Source of the DNA: the human T2T-CHM13v2.0 reference genome, Homo sapiens
Reading direction: 5' to 3' (one strand)
Assembly: GCF_009914755.1 (NCBI RefSeq)
Contig: NC_060930.1
DNA: 64,000 nt
This document shows, in pieces, positions 55,101-64,000 of this stretch; the stretch's first letter is position 1, and the number at the start of each line of letters is the position of its first letter. The translations under genes and the position numbers were made by a program. The notes under the pieces were generated by a model. It searched no databases, had not been told where the DNA came from, and worked only from the letters and a program-made list of their open reading frames with translations.

Positions 55101-55424
55101 AATGAGAAATAGAAAAAGTGAGTTTTAATTTGTCATGAAATCTAGAGTTAGTCATATAAATAGATAAAGTAGAAATTGAAAAGGCTCTATTATTTTTGAA
55201 GGGTGTTACATATAACACTTGGGTGCATGGGAGAATCGGTACAAGGGTTTTTCTAAACATTTCTAAGGATTTCAAAAATCACAAGCATGGGTAATTTTGC
55301 ATTGAGATTTTAGGATTCTTTTGTTGTAGTAAATGTAGCAACTCTCCATATGGATTCACAATACACATTTTATCTTTCGTTATACCTAATGATTTCAGTG
55401 TTCTCTTCAACTTGTTTTTGTCAG

Positions 55425-55771
55425 TGTCTTCATCTGTTCAGGACTGCTATAACATAATGCCATAAGCAGAGCAGCTTTTAAACAGCAGGTATTTATTTCT
55501 CACAATTCTGGAGACTTGGAAGTCCAAGATCAAGACACTGGCAGTTTGGATGTCTGGTGAGGGTCCACTTCCTGGTTTTAGATGACTAGCATGTTGCTAT
55601 GCCTTCAGATGAGAGAAGGGGCGGGGAGCTCTCTGATACCAGCTTTATAAGGGCACTGATTCCATTCATGAGGCCTCCCACAGGCTCCACCTCCTAATAT
55701 ATTGTCTCCTTAGAGGTTAGGATCCCAACATAAGAATTCGGGGAAACACAAACATGAATGTTACCATAGCA
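55425..55771 (-). mobile_element. MLT1A-like MaLR solo LTR
   Basis: atttatttctcacaattctggagacttggaagtccaagatcaag...tgtctggtgaggg; TSD-like gtcag/gtcgg. Confidence 0.9.
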
Positions 55772-58234
55772 GTCGGTGTTTTTTTCAATAGCTAGTGGAA
55801 ATACCAAACTGAATGTTGTTCACATGTTCATTTTCAGTTTTTTTCTGACTGAAGGTAAGTTGCGCTCCAGCAATGAAATGACCCAGAGCATGTATTTCAA
55901 TTATAATAAAATGAAACAACTCACATTAAAACAAAAAGGAAACCTGATATATGAAACAAGTTAGTAATTTATCCTATGATAATATAGTTTAGTGATGATT
56001 ACAAAACACAGTATCACATTTCAAAGCTAAGTTTTTGTCAAAATTAACATTTGTTATGCAAAATATCATGTACATGAAGTTTTTGTTGTACATTCATTTC
56101 TGTAGCACATATAACCTTAATGGTGGGGCTTTCCAATATTTGGTATTTTCATATAAATGCAAGGCACAACATGAAAGCAAGAACAAAGAACCAATCTATT
56201 TTTAGATCATTGTCTTTCAGTGGGTTGGAGTGATGAGAAAAGAGGGAGGCCCTATCCTACCCCATGCTGGCATATCAGGATCTCTGGGGGAACTTTTCAA
56301 ACTGCTCATTTTCTTTGGCCCCAGTAGGAAGCACCAGGTGTAATGTGAGCTTTTGCCTGACAGGAGTGTACTATTCTTGAAGAATATTGAAGCAGAAAAA
56401 ATGAGAGTACTGTTGGAGGAAGAAGTTAATAGCTGATCTGATTTCTGTTTCATAGTTCAAAAATATAAAAAATAAAATAACTCATTTTAAAATATTCAAA
56501 ATGAAGCATTTATTTTAAAGTTATTTGTTGCCATAGATTCTGTCTTTGCTCGTAATCAAGTAAGTGTTGTTGACAGGGGTAAAATAAGGGAGAACAGATG
56601 TAGAAATAAGTATGTGTCAGTGACAATATACACATATATGTAACACATATGCACAGGAAATCCAGTGCTTGACCTAGGAGGGCTGAATTGACTCTATAGC
56701 TTGCAGCTAAATGATGGTATGCCTCAAATAAGTTCCTTTAACAAGAAAGTGAGAAATGCCAAAACTGATGAGTGTGATAGACCACCCCCTTCTACTTAGT
56801 AAGAAAGGCTGGGAAATGTGGGCATAGAACCACAAGCACTGTATCCACATGTGTATCCAATAAATAACAGCAGGCACGCGTGGGCTCAACATTCAAACAA
56901 CTCTAATTGTGTATTCAGACATTAAAGAGTAATCATAGGTCAAAATTTAAAATTGCCTATTAGAACATGATTGCTCTTTGACACTATAAAAATGTTGTGT
57001 TACTGACAACAAAAGCTATTATCCATGTGTGGAAAGAACTGGGAATCTGTTTATTTATCTAGCCAAGCCAGGATTCTTGAACAGACTAAAACAAGAAAGC
57101 CTGAAGGTTACAGATGACAAATAACTCAGAACACAATTTATATTGATCCTTCTTTTCAGGCTGTTATCCTTGACAACTGTTGTACTCCTCTTAATACATC
57201 TACCATGTGTTCTTAGACTGTAAACTCCAGTGGGACAGGGGAATTTGGTAAACACCTGGATCAATATAGAATATCAGTAAGTAAAATTGTTTCAGGTTTA
57301 CAAAGTTTCTCACGATTTAAAAAAACAACAACACTGTATCTTATTATCCTCTTGAGCAAATGTGATAAAAGCCTGTTACAAGATAGTTTTATTTCTGAAA
57401 GCCATTATGTTAAAGAATTTTCTGTCATGAGATAATATATAACACATCACATATTCCCTGAAAGAAGCTTTTAAAATGTGGAGATGCAGCATTGCTATGA
57501 TATAAAAAGTTAATAACTTATAGAGGTTCTTATTAAAAATTTCATTGTTTCCCTTATTTGATTCTTTAATGTTGAAACATAACATTATAAAAGAAACAAC
57601 ATAAAGAAAATAAACAATATTTGCTGGTTGAAGTTATGCGGTCAAGGTACTAAGCTCTTTCTTGCAATGACCTGGAGGAAAATTTAGTATTTTACATTCA
57701 GATAATTTTTTAAACCAGATTTATAGAGAAGCAATTTAAGGTAATTAAGCACTTTAACTCTGACAGGTTGATGTTATTTAGTGACAGGTGTGTCATTTTT
57801 ATGACAAACAGCTAATTTGAAGACTATATTTCCTTCCTGTAAGCCCTATTTTTCCTCCTTTTCAAGCCTTTACAGGTCAGCTGTCTTCCCATCCGTGGTC
57901 CCTCTTACTTAGGAATCATGACTTTATTTGTATTCATAATATGCAAATTTGCTGCTATTTGCCTGAAACACTTTCAACACAGTTATTTTCTATTTCATTT
58001 AACTCATAATGAAGGGATTGGTGTATTGGGTCAACCATTATTTCCTATATCTCAATGTTTTCTTTCTCACATTGACACCAAGCTGTATTTTTAAAGATAG
58101 CAGAGCAATTGTCCTCCATGATCTGACTCCAAAAAGTAAAGCTTTGTCCCGAGATGCCCTCAAGTTCCATTTCAGAGGTGTTTGCAAATTTATAAATTAT
58201 GGATTTATTTTTACTCATTCTGGATTATATTTCT

Positions 58235-58314
58235 CAAGCTCCTGGCCTCAAGCAATCCTCCCTCCTCAGCCTCCCGAGTAGCTGGGATTTCAGCCATGGG
58301 CTACAGTGCCCAGC
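58235..58314 (-). mobile_element. 3'-truncated, tailless Alu/FLAM/7SL-derived monomer
   Basis: About 80 nt of monomer 5' part between 21-bp direct repeats ctcattctggatyatatttct. Confidence 0.85.
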
Positions 58315-59039
58315 TCTCATTCTGGATCATATTTCTATTGTCTTGACTCTGCCAACTTCTACAGGTAGAGATTCCTTAGGTCCAATATCTACTATATCGA
58401 ATTTCTTCTTTTCTGGGGTTATGTTATTAGGAATTGTGCAGGTGTCATGATTTCAGTCTTCAACTCTATTATGATCATCGTCTTTGTGGAAGTTCTGATT
58501 AACTTGTTTTTCTGGAGGCTACACATGCCCTCATTGATCATCATAGTTACCTTGTTTTTGACATTTTTCTACATTTTTCCATATTTTTATGTTTGTCCTA
58601 AGATTAAGAGGACCATAGAATTCCAGGCAATAGCTCCCCTTATTTTGTGTAAATGTCAGATTGTCTCCTCATTTTATTTCCAGTACTCTATTAGTGATCC
58701 CCACATAACCTGTAACTCAGTCAGGCAGAAATAAGTCTTATTAAGACAGAATTTTTCAAGGAGTGCTGATTACTGTACTTGCTCTCTCTCTGTGTACAAG
58801 AATCTTGAAGGGTTCTTTAGCTTTTAGGAGTAAAACAAAATGATTTGTTCAGAGTAATTGAACCCCCAAGGTGTAAGATGAGATTTATACACTTTATTTT
58901 CACAAATATTTAAAACAAGTACATTTTGATAACTAGAAAAAATAGAACAAGTCATCTTTAAGGTAATATTCATGTATAACAAGAAGATATGTAGAAAATA
59001 ATAAAAATAACCTCATACAATTTGCATATATTTATAGAT

Positions 59040-59560
59040 TTGTTTCTATGGATATATTTCTCTATATTTCAATAAGTGGGTTTATTTCAGCATTCTTTGA
59101 ACTTGACTTATTTTTATCATTGTTTTCCATTATATACGTGTACCATAATTGGAATGCCTTATTATTTATTGGACATTTAAGTTTCTTACAAATGTAAGTG
59201 TAGAGAGTGTAGTGCTGAACATGCAAGTATACATATCTCTGTATATTTGAATCATGCTTTTCCTTTAGGATAAGTCCAAAGAGTTGGACCGGCATGGCAA
59301 AAGAGTATGGCTTGGTCACCTACTCACTGTAAAGAACATTGCCAGATTGCCATTTAGGAAAATTGTCTGCATTTCTACTACCATTGAGACTTCATGTGAA
59401 TATTTCTGACACCACCTGCTAACTTTGAATGTTGTCAATAGCTTCAATTTTTAACAAAGATGACAGGCAAAACATGGTAGTTTAATTTGCAGTCATCTGT
59501 TATTGAGGTCTTGTGCATCTTTTTATATGTTTCTTGGCCACTTATATCGGTTTTAATAAT
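59040..59560 (-). mobile_element. Old L1ME-like 3' fragment
   Basis: ttggacatttaagtt...gctgaacatg...tttcctttaggataa...catctttttatatgtttcttggccac. Confidence 0.7.
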
Positions 59561-61327
59561 TATTCTTTTGGGGTATGAATCTTTATTATTTCCTAACTAC
59601 ATTAATATAATATTTCATCCTTTCTTAACTGCTATAAAATCGTCTTCATAAAATCATCTCAAGTGTTTTTTTAACTCATTCTTTATTTTTTTCTACATAC
59701 CTTTCTACTTGTCTGCTTCTTATATGCTAGTTACATACTATTTTATTCTAGCATAATAGGTTTTTTTAATTACTTTTTTCTCTGACATTTTCTGTACAGT
59801 CTTACATTTCATTTTTCAGGCAAATATTGGAATCGTTGCCCCATATGCTTATGTACCACACATGTACAGAGTAGATTCTCATATCACTTCCCAGCTCCTC
59901 CTCACTAAGATTTCATGGCAACCCTTATCCATTATGGCTGGGAGAAACCTCTTTTGTTTGGCTGAAAACTGTCCTCTGCATCCTAGATTGTTGTTGTGCC
60001 CTCTCATTTGGCCAATATAATTTACTGCTTATTTTAAGGCTCCTCAGACTAATCACAGTTTAAAGTCTGTTTACATATTGTTCATTGCTCAATTGTTAAG
60101 TTATGAGTCAATGTTTTTAAAAACTTATAAATGAAAGACTCTTTCTCTCCTGAAATGCTTTACAAAGTAGTTGGTCTTCACAGGTTTTTAATGTTGCTAG
60201 AGAATGATGATCAGTACATATGCTGATATGTAGGCAGTTATCAAGTCCATCTGAAAAAACAAAACTTCTTCAAAAGCAGCCAGTAGCATGATCTTCCACA
60301 AGTTCTAAGGTACCTGTGGAGTGAATCTACAGGTACTGACATTTCTATGTAGAGGTGCTGTCGTCCAAAGATTAAATATTGTTCTAAACTAGATCACTGC
60401 CTCCCCCTACTTTCTAAGACAATTTAAGGAAAACACACCTCCCATTCCTTGCCCCACTCCACGGCTCTGTTTTAATATCTCTCACAGGTGCCTGTCAGCG
60501 AATGAGAGCCCAGTACATTTTTTAATAAAAAATAAACATATGGATATGGCTTCACCTCTGCCCATGCCAGTCATTACTATTCATTCCATGGGTGTACCAA
60601 AGATGTTCTGACTGAGGATTAAGACATTAGACTAAGAGACTTAGATACTAAGGTTAGTAGATGACATTAGGACTAGAGCTATGAAGCCAGAATGTGGTAA
60701 GAGCCAGGATTTGGCCATGGCTTCGGGAACTGAATGCAAGCCAAACTTGGCATAGTAGGAGTGGGTGGCAAATACTACCAGCTTTGTGGAGAAGGCAAGC
60801 AGTAAAAAGAAGCAGAGAAAAAATATATTCTGTGGAGCAGGGAAAGAGGAAGAAAGAAGAAAATTAGAGGGAAATAAGAGAGCAGAGAAAGAAAGGAGGA
60901 GGGAGAGGATGGGAGATCAACGATCTGTAAAGAAAGGAAAGACATTCTGGCAAGTTGTAAAATGATTGGCAGAGGTAGTAGCAATGGTGGTTAAGGCAGG
61001 ACCTGGAGTAGGTGGATAGGAGGAGTAGTTGCAGGGCACCTAGTGGGAATAAAGTCTTCTCTGTTTCTACTCAAAGAGCAAGAGGTGGAGAAAAGAACCT
61101 GGGGTCAGCAGGGAGAATTTATTTGCTGCAAAGAAAATATAAGATGGTGGTGCTGTTTGGAACTGTTGGCCCCTGCTGTTCTGGGAATAGCATAGCATAG
61201 TGGTAAAGTCTTAGCTTTACTACTGACTGGGTGGCAGGAATCCTCAGGAAGCCAGTTATCTCCCTAATATGAAGCTCTCAGTACGTGTGCGATTGTGCTG
61301 AAAGGACTAAATTATGAACCTGAAACT

Positions 61328-61582
61328 TAAAAATTGACAAATAATACTTGTATATGTTTATCAGGTACAATGTGAAGTTTTAATATATGTATACATTGTG
61401 CAGTAAATAAATCAAGCTAATTAACATATCTTTCACCTCACATTCTTTCCTATTTTTTTCGTGGTAAGAACTCAACATTTTTATTCTTGGCCGTTTTGGA
61501 ATACAATACATTATTATGAACTATCGTCAACATGCTGCGCAGTAGATCTCAAAAATTTATTCCTCCTGTCTAAAACTTTGTG
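61328..61582 (-). mobile_element. L1MA-like 3' end
   Basis: aaatcaagctaattaacatatc...atacaatacattatt...tagatctc...ttattcctcctgtctaa. Confidence 0.85.
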
Positions 61583-62329
61583 TGTGTAAAAAAGTCTTTA
61601 CTATTTTCTTAATTACACAGTTGAGAAAATAAAAAGTTTAGAAAGGTTATGTAACTTAGTAAAGGCTAAAACTTATATGTTAACAAAATAAATAATAGAG
61701 ACATTTAAGAAAGTTGAATAAAACTAAAATATCAAGGTTTGGCCATAGGATCATAATCTTTTATGATCACAATCATAATATAAAGGAAATTGCTTCCTTT
61801 ATATTATGAATTCTCCATTTCTGTTTTTCCCCATTTGCCCCCTATAAACATGTTTTTCTCTTCTATTAGAAGAACAAAATCCCACTATTTATCCTATTTA
61901 TGTTAGTTATGATTTTTCCTCTTTCTTTTCATGGTTAAGATTCTATACAGAATAGTTTATATATATTCTCCCTGACACTATCCTTTTGCCTTCATTCCAC
62001 TGCACCTACTATTCGAAAAAAAAAAAAAAAGTATTAAAATAACCAGTGACATTCTAAATGAAGACTCTTTGTTTCAACTGATCAGCTGGTTCTATCTCTA
62101 TGGAGACTGTAGATTCTATTTAAATGGCATTTTCAAAGGACCACAAGATATAGAGTGTCTAGTTCAATTTAAATATAAACTAAGTCATTTATACCATTAA
62201 GAGCAGACAAAAGTGCCAGAATCTGTGACAATTACCCTATATAGTTAACATACATGAAATGAATTGAGTTGGTGTTTTGGTACCTATTTTATCAGATTTT
62301 CTTATCTAAATTTAAACCAATAAAACAAT

Positions 62330-62645
62330 TATTATTATTTTTATGCTTATTTATTTATTTTTTTGAGACAGAGTCTCACTCTGTTGCCCAGGCTGGAGTA
62401 CGATGGCATGAGCTCGGCTCACTGCAACCCCTGCCTCCTGAGTTCAAGCGATTCTCCTGCATCAGCCTCCCGAGTAGCTGCTATCACAGGCGCGTGCCCC
62501 TATGCCCAGCTAATTTTTGTATTTTTAGTAGAGACGGGGTTTCACCAAGTTGGCCAGGCTGGTCTTTCATTCCTGACCTCAGGTGATTCCCTGCCTCGGC
62601 CTCCCAAATTTCTGAGATTACAGGCGTGAACCACCATGTCTGGCC
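62330..62645 (-). mobile_element. AluSx-like element
   Basis: Full dimer with (TTTA)n tail; TSD-like aaaacaatt on both sides. Confidence 0.92.
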
Positions 62646-64000
62646 GAGAAAACAATTATTTTTAGACTGAAAACTCAATCTAATGAAGTATAGTATATAG
62701 TTAAAGCAAGACAAGTTATTTACCATTCTCTCAGTTAATAGATTATTTTTAAAAATGGTGATTTGATAGAGGATGTTGCTAAGAATTATATTTCAGTCCA
62801 AGTAATATGACTAAATAACAACATACTGAAATAATATATTCACAGATACAGCAGGTATTATACAGTCTCTTTTGTCTAATATATATTTGTGAACCCTTTT
62901 GGTTAGACATTCTTTCCTGATTATATTGAAACCCATTCTGTTTTATGAATGCCCATTTCCATTTGTTCTATTATTATAATGTGTTAAGGGTGAACAGTAG
63001 CATCAAATTTATACTCATTACAGTTATATGGAGAAAGCCTACTTTTTAATACGTGCTATGCATCCATTATCAGCCTGTGCCTTTCCTTGAATGCCAGTTA
63101 ACTGTAAAATAAAACAGATGCTAGAAACGTATTCCAGCCTCTTTTGTTGTTTCTTTAGGATAGAAAAGCTATTATCTACATTAGTCTTATTATGTTTTTA
63201 ATTAAAGATTATTCTTATTGTTTTATTCAATCAAATGGTATTTAAGAATATGCTATTTTTCGTAGATTGTTTTATTTACATATCTCAATGATTTAGAAGT
63301 ATTACCGTGGAAAATAAACAACCACAAAGCTTTATTAAATGTGGCTAAAATAAAAAAAGTTAAAAAAAATTCAGTATGAGTAAGTTTTTGAGTAACATTA
63401 GTAACCATTCTCAGAAACCTAGCACTGCATCTCTTCAGTTCTTTATTCTCTTTGCTCTCACTTGATCTTTACTTTCAATTTCTATACTTAACATCTCATT
63501 AGCTTTCAACATAAGGAGCCTTCTGACAGGGTGAGACTGAGGAAGTAGAAGAGAGGTTTTGATGATATTTTCATAGAGAATGTTTTATGAAGATTTTTTT
63601 TTAAAAAACAGTGTCATAGAATTTCAGAGTTTGAAGGCACCTCAGAGGTCAGAGTTGACCTAATTTATGTATTTGTTCAATGTATGAATTTTTTCTGTTC
63701 CATGCGAGGTTCTGGTTAAACACTGTAATGTTGCCAAATTTTTGAGGATATATTAAAATTTGAAGGAATCTTGATTTCTAAAGCTAATACATTTTTTATA
63801 TTGGCTTGGGAAGAGACCTAAGGTCATAAGTATTATGAGAACATATTTAGCTTGAATAAGTTACTATATGATTTTTATCAAAGGAATGACATGAGACAGA
63901 TATGATGTAGAACTCTGTTATGAATCAAAGTCCACTTAAGGAATAAAAAATTACCATTACTTATTTAAGGTTCTTCTTGTCCATAATTTAGAGGATGAAA

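Overview
Human genomic DNA (a human-specific AluYb8 is present) covering the 5' half of FAM83B on the + strand. It contains a CpG-island promoter with a short non-coding first exon (~2.5 kb), a ~23.5 kb intron 1, the first coding exon (26133-26636, codons 1-148, N-terminal DUF1669/PLD-like CK1-binding domain) and the first ~37 kb of intron 2. No later exon was recognised. The rest is interspersed repeat: many Alus, a near full-length Tigger1 with a MER30 insert, L1, L2, MIR, MaLR/ERV LTRs and MER DNA transposons. All ORF-track entries other than the FAM83B exon and the Tigger1 transposase remnants look like CpG-island, repeat or low-complexity artefacts. I see no convincing new multi-gene system. 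The most interesting items are post-transcriptional features of exon 2 (two uORFs, an AUG-circRNA-compatible 504-nt exon, a proximal intronic poly(A) signal) and several atypical retrotransposition or rearrangement scars. Repeat subfamily calls are by eye from remembered consensus sequences, and their boundaries are approximate unless TSDs are given.
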